Shown piece by piece: positions 52,458 to 64,000 of a stretch of DNA of 64,000 bases. How positions within the stretch are numbered: the stretch's first letter is position 1; each line of letters starts with the position of its first letter. Origin of the DNA: Geosiphon pyriformis uo1 (lineage: Eukaryota; Fungi; Glomeromycota); NCBI GenBank assembly GCA_016748015.1, contig JAAOMT010000525.1:255636-319635 (forward strand). The letters run 5' to 3'. The notes beneath the pieces were generated by a model, which was not told the origin of the DNA, searched no databases, and saw nothing but the letters and a program-made list of their open reading frames with translations. The position numbers were made by a program, and so were the translations under genes.

Positions 52458-53256
52458 ATGTCAAAAACTAGCATTTGCCTTAGCATTTTGTTTGCCAGCA
52501 CCCTGGTGCTCGGAGAGCCATTTCCTCTTTGGTATAAACGCGGAGGTAACGGAAATAATAACGGTAACGGAAACATTGGCAGCCAGAATGGAAACAATAA
52601 CGGAAACAACAATTTAGGAGGAGGATTTAACGGCAATAGCAATGGTAACAACAATCTCGGCTCATATAATGGCAATAGCAATGGTAACAACAATAGACCA
52701 TCTTACTGGTATAAACGTGATTGGTATAAACGTGATTTGTATAAACGTGATGAGGAGGAAAAACGTTGGGGCAAGTATAAACGTGATGAGTATAAACGTG
52801 GAGGTAACGGAAACAATAACGGTAACGGAAACATTGGCAGCCAGAATGGAAACAATAACGGAAACAACAATTTAGGAGGAGGATTTAACGGCAATAGCAA
52901 TGGTAACAACAATCTTGGCTCATATAATGGCAATAGCAATGGTAACAACAATAGACCATCTTACTGGTATAAACGTGATGAGGAGGAAAAACGTTGGGGT
53001 AAATATAAACGTGGTTTGTATAAACGTGATGAGGANNNNNNNNNNNNNNNNNNNNCTTGGATCAAATAACGGAAATAAAAATGGTAACAATAACCTTGGC
53101 TCCAATAATGGTAACCTCAATGGCAACAATAATCTAGGTAACAATAATGGAGGTAACAACGGGAACAACAATGTAGGAAGCAATAACGGAGGTAACAATG
53201 GTAACAACAATGTGGGATCTAACAATGGTGGTGGCAATGGAAATAACAACCGTTAA
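52458..53256 (+). CDS. Secreted Kex2-processed repeat protein (KEP) with Gly/Asn-rich repeat peptides; length uncertain because of an assembly gap
   Basis: ATG 52458 in an AAAATG context; signal peptide MSKTSICLSILFASTLVLG; 11 KR sites before the gap; two identical 57-aa G/N modules. After the gap there are five 13-aa [LV]GxNNGxxNGNNN units ending R-TAA at 53256. No introns are needed. Confidence 0.9.
53036..53055. other. Assembly gap (20 N) inside the repeat protein gene
   Basis: Run of N; the frame offset across it is not informative. Confidence 0.99.
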
Positions 53257-54636
53257 AGAGTTATAAGCTCGAACAATTTTTCATATTAGCATTTCTTTTG
53301 TTCATAGCGTAGAATATTTAAAAAATATTTGATCCTTCTTTTTATCAATTTGCATTTGCGTAAAAAATTCCATATCTGTATATACCAAAGATGGTTAGCT
53401 AAGTAAATTTCAATCTAAAAAACCGGCCCTCTACATTATTACCATTTTAGATTAAAGAATTGATCAAATGTAAATAACTCACATTTGAAATAAAAAATCA
53501 AAGCTATTATTTCAACTATTTTTAAACACACTTAAATATTAAAACCAAAAAAATATTCAAATATTCTTAGATAAAATAACTTCATTTATTTTCTGCATAT
53601 TATAAATCCCAAGTTTAATATTAAGATTTTACAACATATTGGAAAGGTTAATGAAACACTTAAAAATAACACTTTAACATAATAACAATTTCAAGCATAC
53701 AAGTTAAATAATTCAAATATTATTTTAAAAGTTATTATGTAATTTGGATTTAAATTTTATTGAAAAATTGTGAAAAACTGTTGTACATGAATTTCAAAAA
53801 CAAATATCCAAAAAAAAAAATTATTAATTTTTTCAAGAACACAATAAAACATTATTACGAAACAAGAAGTCTGTTTTATCTTCAAAAATTTTTGCATAAA
53901 ACAAATTTTGTGCACAAATTAAGATCAGTCTTTTTTGCTTTTAATAATTATAAATGTTTTACAAATATATTGTGAAAATTATAATATAATTAAAAATAAA
54001 TATTTCTTTCAATAAAACGATAAATAAAATATATAATTATTTTGCTATAATAATTTTTTCAAAACATATGGTTGAAATTATTGGATAATTATTAAAAAAT
54101 TCTAATTTGAACTTAATAAAAAAACAATATTAATAAATTAAAGCAATATCACTTAGCAATTTTTAAAATTAATAACAAATATTATTGTGTTTTTTAATTA
54201 TGTTTTTATTTAATAAATTTTAAGACCAAGCTTTTTGTTTCGTAGATTAATTTAATACAATTAAGAAAAGAAAAATTATTTTATTTTATAATTTAAATAA
54301 TTTGATAATTTTTATAGTTAAAAAAACATTATTTATATATAAATTCAAATGAATTAATAACCAAATTAACAATTGAGTTAATAAGTTAATTAAAAATTAA
54401 TAATTAGGTTAATAGCTACTATTTAAAAATGAGATAATTAATTAATTATACTTTATTTTAAATTGTATTTAATAAATTTAATTGTTTTTAGTTTTAGTTT
54501 TATTTATTAGATTTTTTTGCAATAATTAATGTAATTTAACTACTACCTAATATAATACAACATAATTGTTTAAAATTAAACATGATTTATATATATAAAA
54601 TATATAATTAGCTATTTAAGTTAATTAAAATTATAT

Positions 54637-55270
54637 TATTATGATCTAGTTTAACATATTAAAAAATAGTACAAAAAAATAATATTGTATAATAATAATA
54701 ATTAAAGAATAATTTAATTTTAATAAGCAAATTAAATTAATAAAAATTTAATATATAAAATTAGTCTTATAAATATCACAATTATTATTTTTTCCAAAAA
54801 ATAACAAAAAAATCTGAAAATAAAAAGTTAATTTATATTGTTAATAAAAAATAACATATTATATAATTTTATGTTTTATATTACTGTTTTTAAAATTCAA
54901 TACTAAATATTAGTTTTATTTTTAGTAAATATTTATTCAATATACTTTATAAAAACTAACAATTATACAAATTAAGAAAAAAAAATAGTTAAAAAAAATA
55001 AAAAAGTTAATATTATTGTATTAATTTTTGTTTTAAATAAATTAATTCAAGTGTAAATAAATTTTACTTAACTGGCTGAGTAGCTAATTATATTTAAAAA
55101 ATGTATAAATTATATTTAATTGGAAATATTTAATTTGTTTTTGTATATTAAATAATAGTAGAGTTTTACTTATTAATTATAAAATATTTTTACAGTTTTG
55201 AAAAGTTTTATTTATATACTATTATAAAAAATTAATAATTAAATTAATAATTAGATTAGTAATTAGATTA
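54637..55270 (-). mobile_element. Decayed LTR related to the Gypsy-1 LTR and to 13286-13990
   Basis: 54637-55040 aligns closely with 13286-13700; it appears to resume near 56970-57060 after the LINE insertion. Confidence 0.68.
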
Positions 55271-56970
55271 TTTTTATTTTTATTTTATTTAATAAGTGTA
55301 GTTCAATTACTATTTAATATAATACAATTAAAAAGCATCCTAAATTAACCATAGTTTATGTTTTTTTACACATAATCAGTCACTTGGATCAATTAAAACT
55401 ATATTATATATATATACTATTAAAAATACAAACATTTTCAAATAAGCCAAATAACAGTAAAAATAAAGACTTATACTTTTCAAAGCTCATTATAACACTT
55501 TTGTTGACATTCAAAATTAAAACATCTGAAATATTTACAGAACTTGAAAAACCCAAAATCAATAGAAAAACCAAATTATTATAAGAAATTAAGTCATATT
55601 TCTTATAATATGCACATAATTTTGTATTTGGCAGCCACAAATTAGATCTATATTATTTAGCAAATTTATAAATAAATCTAATTACATACTTGTTTGTTTT
55701 TAGTAAATTAATAAATATCTTTAAGGCTTTTTTAATCCAATTATATAAAATAAAGTTTTTTACCAAAGTTATATACAAAATATCTGACTTTTTAACTTCA
55801 AAAAAAAATAAATAATTGATAAATTTGTTGCTAACAATCCAAACATAATAATTGATTTTTTTATAATATTATTAATAATGTTTTTTTTAATACCATAATT
55901 TTGTATATATTGAAATATGTAATCAAAATTTTTTATCAAATTATATTATAAGTATCTAATACTTAAATAGCTTAGATCATATAGATTTTTTTTTATAACA
56001 GTTAGTAACTGGCAATACAAAGCTTTTATGAAATACAAATAAAGTACAACAAAACCTGAACTAGTGTAATCAAATTACATATGACTATTAAAATGCCAGA
56101 CATTTACAAATTACCTTAAATATAATCTATTAAATAATAAAATATTAATAATGCTGACAATATATTTGATCTTTTACTCTATATACACAACAAATTCACA
56201 TATATTCTTAATAATATAACAAACATTCTTAATATTAAATGACTATTAGTACACAAAAACCTAAAAAAAAATTTAATTGACAAAATAAAAACAAAACTTA
56301 TGGCAAAACCAGCAAAAAAATCTGCTTTATTATTATTAATATTACTTAAATAATCTTTGATTTTGTTTTAATTGACTTGTAAATTCCTTAAAATTAGAAC
56401 TTTTTTTATGTATTCATGTTTAATTCAATATTTATTGTAAAAATTGTGTTTTATATTTGTACTGTTAGCAGCATATATGTCCAAAAAAACCTAACTGTCA
56501 AAATAAATTACAACTAAATTTGATAATAGCATATACTCAAAAGCCAATATAATTACTAAAGCTTAACTAAAATTAAAGACAACAAACCATAAATTTATAC
56601 ATTTATGTTCAGATTAGTATTAAGAAAATACACAACTGTATTACTGCAAATATTATAAAAGCTTAACTTTTTAATCAAAATATCTATGTAAACTTTAATA
56701 TTATTCGTATTTATATGTAACAACTTTGTTTTTAGCATATTTTAAATTAACAAAAAAATCAGCAGAAGTAATTATCAGCTTTTTAGCTACTTTATTTACA
56801 AGACTGCCATCTTTAATAAATTGTACTATTGACTTAAGCCAAGTAAAAATAAGACTTTTAAGTTTAGATACTTCTATTTGTAAAATGTTTTATAATCAAA
56901 AATAACTTTTTTACAATTTACAAGCTAGTCAATAAAAATAATATCAAACTTTTTCAAAGACTTTACAATA
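55270..56970 (-). mobile_element. Decayed 5'-truncated LINE (RNase H region to 3' UTR)
   Basis: T-rich tail at 55270-55290; 3' UTR 55291-55400 resembles 29391-29505; RNase H remnant KIKDYLSNINNNKADFFA near 56310-56365. Confidence 0.7.
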
Positions 56971-59699
56971 GTAATTACATTAATAATTATATTAATAATT
57001 AATTCTAAAAATAAAATAGCTAAAATAATAATATAAATAAACAACTAAAAAATAAAATTTTATCTGTAATAATACTAAATATTATATTATTATAGTATTA
57101 TTAATAAATTTTTTAATTTTTTAATATAAAATTACAACACAAACTATAAAAATTACTATTAAAATCGTGTAAAAAAAGTCTATATTATTATATTCAATCA
57201 ACAAAATTACTTAATAAATAGAAAATAAAAAATCATTAATTAGCTTAATTACAACAAAAAAATAATATACTAAGTAAATTTTAATTAAATTAATTAATTT
57301 AATAAATATAAATAATTAATATACTTAATGGTTTTAATATAGTATATTAATTTAATATAATTTAACTATATATATAAGTTTTTTATCAATCTAAAAAAGT
57401 AATAGTTTTATATTAAGCTAATTTTTTTTTAGTTTTATAATAAACAATTAGTTTTTTTCATGTTTTTTTTTTTTTAAGTTTAAATACTTGTTATTAATAT
57501 TTTAAATATGTTTTTATATTTATTATTAATATTTTGAATTATAGTTTTATAATTTTTTATGTATTTTTTATCAATATTTTGATTTTTTTATTATTTTATG
57601 TTTTTTAAAACATATATTATTTATATTTTTTATTATGTTTTACTTTTATAAATAAGTTGCTAGTTTTATTATTTAACTTTATTTTTATTATATTAATTAA
57701 ATAATAAAAATATTATATTATTAAAAATATAATTTTAATAATAATATTTAATCAATAAAAAATTTTAATTATAATTTTTTATTCTTGTTTTTTATAAATT
57801 AGATTTTTAAATATTATATATTTTTAAAAAAATTCTGAATATAACTTTTTTAAGTTAATTTTAATTTTTAATTGATATTATAAATAAATTTGGTAGATAG
57901 TATTATAATATTTGGTATTTGTAATTTAAATATAAAAACTATTGTTGATCTGATAATAGTAAACTTAAAGATTTTTTAATAAATAGCTTTTTATAATAAA
58001 TCAGCTTATTAGGTTTTAAAAATTTTTATTGTTTAAAGTTTTATCTATTGTTACTAAAAATTTTTCTATCCTTTTTTAATATTGTTATTATTATTTGGTT
58101 ATTAATTTTACTGTTGATAAAAGCTAATAAATTTCTAATAAGCTAATTTTTTTTCTAAAGTATTTTTCTATACTTTAAGCTATATATATTAATAAATTTA
58201 ATAAAATGACCAATTTTATGTTAATTATTTATATAGTTACTTTGTAATAAAAGTTAATTTTTTTACAGAAAAATTTTGTTTGTAAGCTTTTTAAATAATG
58301 TGCAATTATTTTGTCATTAAAGTTAACTCTTTTACAAAAAATTTTAACTGTAAATTATTTAATAATATAAAAAAAATAAAATAAAAAATATGTGTTAAAA
58401 AATTGTTTTGAATCTAAATTTAACAGTTATTAAAATTGGTAATTAATTAATTTTAAATATTAGTTTTTAAATGAGTAATTTCAAGTAGTAATAATCAAAG
58501 ATTTTTAAGTTTTTAAAATAATTTTATTAAAGTTATTTTTAATAACTAATTGTTAAGTAAAATATCTTGAGCTATAATTCTAAAAAAAATATTATGAGCC
58601 AAGATTTTTAAAAGAAAATTAATTTTAACTAAGATATATTTTCTTAAAAATAAATTTCTTTTTTTATACAACTTATTATAATATTATTCTATAATTTAGC
58701 ACTTTTTTTTCTAATATTTTAATAACTGAAAATATATTTTGGCAAAATTTAAATATTATATAGTTTAATGTATTACATAATCTAATTAACACAATTTAGT
58801 TATATTTGTGTTCTATACAAATTAAGTTATTATTTAAATAATAATTCGGATAATTTGATAAAATAATAAGTAATAATTTGAATTGATAATATATACTATT
58901 TAATAATAAGAATTATAAAAATAATTTTATATTAAATAATAACTCAAATTTTTGCTAGTAACATAATCTTTTTATTAAGATTGAACTCTATTAAAGTTCA
59001 AATATTGTCTGTAATTTTCAGATAATAATTCGAAATAATTGAAGAAATTTGGTTTAAAAATTGTTAAAATTTTAGTTTTGTAAGTTTTTTAATGTATTAA
59101 ATTATTAAAAGTTATAAAATTGAGTATTGTAGAATATTTTTACAAGTATAAAATAGATCATAAAGTCTAAAAACTGCTCTAAGTATATAAAAAGTGTTTA
59201 TTAGTTTAGTTGTTATTTTGAATTTATTGTAAGTTTGTTTTTAAATAATTTTAGACATAAAATTTACTGTTTTAAGCTTTAATTTTTTTTTATAAAGTAA
59301 TTTTTTAATATAAAAATATCTATAAATTAAAAAATATTTATGATTTTGTTTATTTAAATACTATTAAAAATTTTGTTGAATTGTGATATTTTGGTAAAAT
59401 ATTAATAAAAGTAAATAATAAATTTTTTTAAAACTTGCTTTAAAAGTTCTGATAAGTAAATTTTAGAATAATTTTTTATATTTTTCTTATAAGAATAAAA
59501 ATTTTGTGTGTTTTTTATTAACATTATAGTAAATTCTGTTTAAATATAATTAATATGTTTTTTAATAATAGTTATAGATAATTTAGATAGTATTGTTAAG
59601 ACTAACATTAATTTTTGAAATAATTGTTAAATATTTTGGAAAATTATTATTAAAGCTAATTAAAAATATTAAAAAAAATTATTTTAAAAAATATTTTTT

Positions 59700-60750
59700 A
59701 AGTTAACCAAAAAGAATTATGTACTAATTTGTAAAATTAAAGATTTAAAATTGGTTTTAAAATAGTATTATTTAAGTTTATTATTATGTAAAAATTTTTT
59801 TAAAATCTTATTATTAAGTCTTAATTTGTATAATTTATTTTTAAAAATTTTATGTATATAAAATAATCTATTCTATTTATAATTGAATTTTTTATTTTAT
59901 TGTTTTTTAGCTTTAGTTTTGTAAAAAAAACTTTATTTTCAACTTTAAATTTATTGATAACAGATAATAATTTGTTGTTATACTATTTTTTTTGTTAAAT
60001 TCAAAAATATTTTATGAAAATAACTGTAATTTGTTATTTTTTTTCTAATATACTAAGAAATATATAAACTTTTTATTAAAGTATTTCTTAGAAATTTGTT
60101 TTTATAGTCAATTAAACTAGATAAATTTTTATTATGAAATTTATTGATAATATTACTGTTTTTTTATAGGTCAAATTAAATAATATATAATTTATTATAT
60201 CTTGTCTTAATATTCTGTATACTAATAATATTAATAAAATAAAGATATCTTATTTTTACTCAAAATTGGTTAAAATTTGGTTAATAATTCACAAAATATT
60301 GGGTTAAAATACTCTCTAAATCTATTTGTTTATAAATAGTAAAGCAAAAATAAAAGTTTTTTAATATTAAATTGTTTACAAATTTTTTATATCAAAGTTT
60401 TTTACAAATTATGTTTCTTAATTAGATAAAAATTTAATTAGATATTTGTATCTACAAATAATGTTTTTGTAAATAAAATTTACGAATAATTTTGTATTAG
60501 CTTATTAAATAGCTCTATTTTGTTAAGCAATTTACTATAATTGCAATATATTAGTTTTTTAAGTTGTAATAAGTAGTAATTCGATTAAATTGATACTAAT
60601 TTGATTAAAGAACTGTTTAACTTTAATTGAATTTAAGAATTTTATAGAACATATTTCTTCTTTTTTTAATAATTATTATAAAATTTAATATATTAGTAAA
60701 TATTTTTTTATTTAAGACCATAAATAGTGTTTTAATATTCTTTAAATTGT
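59700..60750 (-). mobile_element. Decayed Gypsy integrase relic
   Basis: 59800-60190 is similar to 61225-61600 and to the Gypsy-2 integrase C-terminal region at 36860-37230. Confidence 0.6.
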
Positions 60751-61049
60751 GCTATTTTTTCCAAAATGTGTTAATAAAAAGTCTAAATATATGTTGTATA
60801 AAATTGTTTTCTTTTTATGTTTTTGGATTTCTTCAAATAAATTGTTTAAATTTTTGTAGTTTTGATAAAAAATATTAATATTATATATAAAATATTGTTT
60901 TGCTTCATATTATAATTAATAGTTTTTACTTAAAAACTAATTTTTTAGTGTTATAATTTTAAAGATTGTTGTAGTTTTCAAAATTTATTTTTATTGTTTT
61001 ATTAATTGTTATTATTGAATTAATTAGTTTTTAGATTCTAAATTTGTTT

Positions 61050-61604
61050 TATTTTAAAAAAACAATTAATATTTGTGTGTAATTTTTATAATTAATATTA
61101 TTAATAATATAAAATTTTTTGGGTTTAAAATATAGATCAAAATAATAAAAAGCCTAAATTATTACTGCTGTTTTTAGTTTAATAGCATAATAATATTTTA
61201 GTTTATTATTATATACAACTTTTTTTAAAACTTTATTATCAAATCTTAACTTGTATAATTTATTTCCAAAAATTTTATAAATATAAAATGATTTATTTTA
61301 TTTATAATCAAATTTCTTATTCTATTGTTTTTTAGTTTAGTTTATATAAAAAAACTTTAATTTTAACTTTAAATTTAATTTGTAATACTTTATTATTATA
61401 GTATTTTTTCTGTTAGGCCTAAAAATATTTTATGTGAGTAATTACAATTTGTTGTTTCTCTTTTAATATACTAAAAAATATATAAACTTTTTATTAAAGT
61501 GTTTTTTGGAAGTTTTTTTTTGTATTGATTGAACTAGATAAGTTTTTACTATAAAATTAACTAGTAATATTGCTTTTTTTATAGATTAAATTAAATAGTA
61601 TATG
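61050..61604 (-). mobile_element. Second decayed Gypsy integrase C-terminal relic, cut by a LINE insertion
   Basis: About 400 bp of direct similarity to 59800-60190, ending at the LINE T-run. Confidence 0.6.
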
Positions 61605-62446
61605 TTTTTTTTTTATTTGCTTTATGAGTAAGGTCCAAACATTATCTAGCATTATATATTAAAGAAATGATCTAAACTAGGTGTGAATCATGCACTTTTC
61701 ACACATGACCAGCCACTTAAGCCAATTAAAACAACACTATACAGCAATGTGAACTAAAACTGAGTTACTTAGACCTGAAAAAAACAAACAAAATTTGCAA
61801 AAGCCAAAATGAACACCGAAAGCATTGGCAATGTCAAGCAATTTGACTACCCTGGCCAACAACTCTGAAGCCAAACCAGAAACCAAGACAAAAACCAAAC
61901 CATTAAGAGAAATCAACCCATTCTTCTCCATATAAGCATAATATTTAGCACAAACTGACCAGACATTACTTCTAAAAGCAAGACTAAAGAAGTGCACAAA
62001 TTTGACAATCTCCAAACCAACAACTTTGGGATTGTGAAAGATGGTTACTGCCTCGCAAAACCAATCATTAAAAATGAAACTCTTATAAAAAGCCATGGAC
62101 AAAAAGAAGTTAGAAATACATGAAGACAACAGTTGTAGTATGTCTAAAGAAAAATGAAAGAAACCAAAAACTGCTTTCCAGGAGTTTTACATGGAATTTC
62201 AATAACTAACATCAAACAAAATCATCAATTTTGTAAGAAAACACATGATCTAATGCCTCTATATCTCCACAATATAAGCACAACACACTTGGATATAGTC
62301 TATTATAAAGATACTTCTGAATGGCAACTGGCAGCCAGTGGTGCAAAGCCTTCATGAAATAAGTACATATATTAGCCGAGGGTCTGCTGGTCAAACTGGT
62401 GGCCATGTGCAAGTTAAGGTGCCAAATCAAAGATGAATGAAGCCAG
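61605..62446 (-). mobile_element. LINE 3' end (ORF2 zinc finger and C-terminus, 3' UTR, poly-A), interrupted by Gypsy-3
   Basis: VLCLYCGDIEALDHVFS (62212-62430); ORF2 ends VLVHIAV* at 61737; homologous to 29391-30220. Confidence 0.88.
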
Positions 62447-64000
62447 TGTTACAGGTGATTATTTCTGTGGTTGAATTAAATAACAAATCTGTAACTTGGT
62501 GCTCAAAAGCTATTTCCGTTTGTTCTATAAGTGTTGTATCTGAAGGTTTTGATGGATCTGAAGGTTTTGGTTGAGTTTTTTGTATAATAGACAGAGATTT
62601 AATAGTATCAATAATAGATGTATCTTTCCAAGAGTTTTCCCAATTTCTTTCTCAGTGTGGTGGCCAAATTTAGTCTGGCAGTTGTGCCCTTCTGGTAAGC
62701 TATTCAATAATATATAAAATTCTACCCTTATTTCTGGGTCTTTTACCAGGCTATTTTTGACATCAATAACTCAGTGCTTAATCCTTTTAATCAGTTAGTA
62801 TACAACAACAAATCAAAAATAAAATAAAGAAAAAGAAATAAAAGAAAAATAAAGAAAGAAAGAAATAAGCCAAGGCAATTTTGCAGATTAGTATCCCATC
62901 AATAGCCGTGATCAAGAGCTATTGTTTCAGTGTGATTAAGTATCAATTACTATCAACATGAAGTGTTGATAGTGGAGAGTGGGTTGAGATATGGAATAAT
63001 TATTTATTTGATGATTGTGTTTTCTAGGCTAAAGATTCTGTGGTATCGATTCTGTTTTTTCTGTTTCTAACACTACTGCTATATATACATAATTGAGATT
63101 CCTCAATTCCTCGATTCTTCACAACAGAAATCCTGGAATCCTGCAATTTCTTATCAGGAATCCTGAAATTCCTGGAATCCTGCAATTCCTGAGAGGAATC
63201 CTGGAATTCCACATTTACTATGCTTACTTCTGATTGGCTAATAATTATGCTAATATATTTCCTATATTTCTATGAGTAACATTATTCCCTCCTTTTTAAT
63301 ATTGAGCTCTGTTAAAATCTAACTCATGTAATTTCCCTTCTTGAATTATTTTTTGGATTTTGTTTTTGAGAATTACTTGTGTTATTTGGGTCTGTATTTC
63401 TTCAAATTGAGCATTGGTGATTTTTCCCAGTTGATTACTGGTAACCATATTCATTACTCTGTTGTGTAATATTTCTGGTTTATCTTGAAATGCTGTGTGT
63501 ATTCGGTATATGGCTCGGGCTTGTGTAGATAAATTGTTCTTTTCCACAAAATGTTCTAATTGTTGTAGTATTCTTTTGTCGAATAATCGCTTTGTTTTAT
63601 CCGTATATAGATTCTGAATATTTACGTGTTGTCCCAAATAGAAATAACAATAGTTTCGTGGGAATTGTTGTATCCACCAATTCCAAGTTTCTTTAGTCAA
63701 CTCTTGATATAGTGACTCTTTTGTCAATTCTTTTATTACTAATTTTACTTTCGCCATGATTTTGTCCACGGTATTTTCAGTTTTCTTCTGTGTTCTGAGT
63801 TGAAATGTTTTTCTAGTATCTTGATATCGAATGGTTTGTTGATTAATTGTAATCTCTATTTTCTGGTGTTGGATTAATTGAAAAAGTTGTTGTGCTAATG
63901 AGTGAATTTTGTCTGTAATTTCCATTTTTCTGATATTTTCTGTCACGTCTACTATGTCTTTATATATTCTTTTAATGGATCAATTTAACATGTTGTTGTC
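62447..64000 (-). mobile_element. 3' end of a younger Ty3/Gypsy element (Gypsy-3) related to Gypsy-2; runs off the window
   Basis: LTR 62447-63281 (TGTTACAGG..GAGTAACA) is homologous to the Gypsy-2 LTRs. Intact PPT AAAAAGGAGGGAATAA at about 63282-63297. CpGs are still present in ORF3. Confidence 0.92.
63296..63991 (-). CDS. Accessory ORF3 of Gypsy-3 (216 open codons from 63946; likely original start ATG 63991 with one in-frame TGA)
   Basis: Track ORF 63296-63946 ends at the PPT. Upstream, ATG TTA AAT TGA TCC.. is in the same frame. Homologous to 35996-36700. Confidence 0.8.

Noticed and set aside
52349-53249. Leu/Pro-rich minus-strand ORFs and Val/Thr/Ile-rich alternative plus-frame ORFs
   Set aside because: They are shadows of the Asn/Gly codon repeats; only the 52458 frame has a signal peptide and synonymous-site variation.
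59800-61600. About 400-bp direct repeat as a local segmental duplication or LTR pair
   Set aside because: Both copies match Gypsy integrase C-terminal sequence and are better explained as two independent decayed elements.
20420-63210. Tandem short repeats as CRISPR-like arrays
   Set aside because: No unique spacers; they are LTR-internal minisatellites in a eukaryotic genome.

Overview
Very AT-rich eukaryotic DNA with GT-AG introns and Kex2-type secreted proteins, so fungal. The repeat-derived proteins look to me like Glomeromycotina, possibly Geosiphon-like; this is recall and inference, not checked. Only three host genes are supportable, all predicted secreted. Two are a divergently transcribed pair of paralogous 4-exon small secreted proteins (348-1139 minus; 2495-3289 plus). 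The third is an isolated Kex2-processed repeat precursor (52458-53256, spanning a 20-N assembly gap) predicted to release Tyr-terminated 3-4-mers and Gly/Asn-rich 13-residue-repeat peptides. The rest (about 6-50 kb and 54-64 kb) is a layered transposon graveyard: two complete but mutated Ty3/Gypsy elements (20334-28181 plus; 35114-45919 minus, carrying a dUTPase), the 3' end of a third (62447-64000), a solo LTR, a full-length APE-RT-RNase H LINE split by a Gypsy, two further LINE 3' ends, an ORF1-only LINE derivative, and two inverted hAT-like MITEs whose swapped 8-bp TSDs record an 809-bp inversion. All three Gypsy elements carry an uncharacterised extra ORF between integrase and the 3' LTR. 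Repeats show a graded C>T/G>A erosion that is not limited to CpG and resembles RIP. No rRNA, tRNA or CRISPR features were seen. Coordinates of highly decayed relics are approximate.
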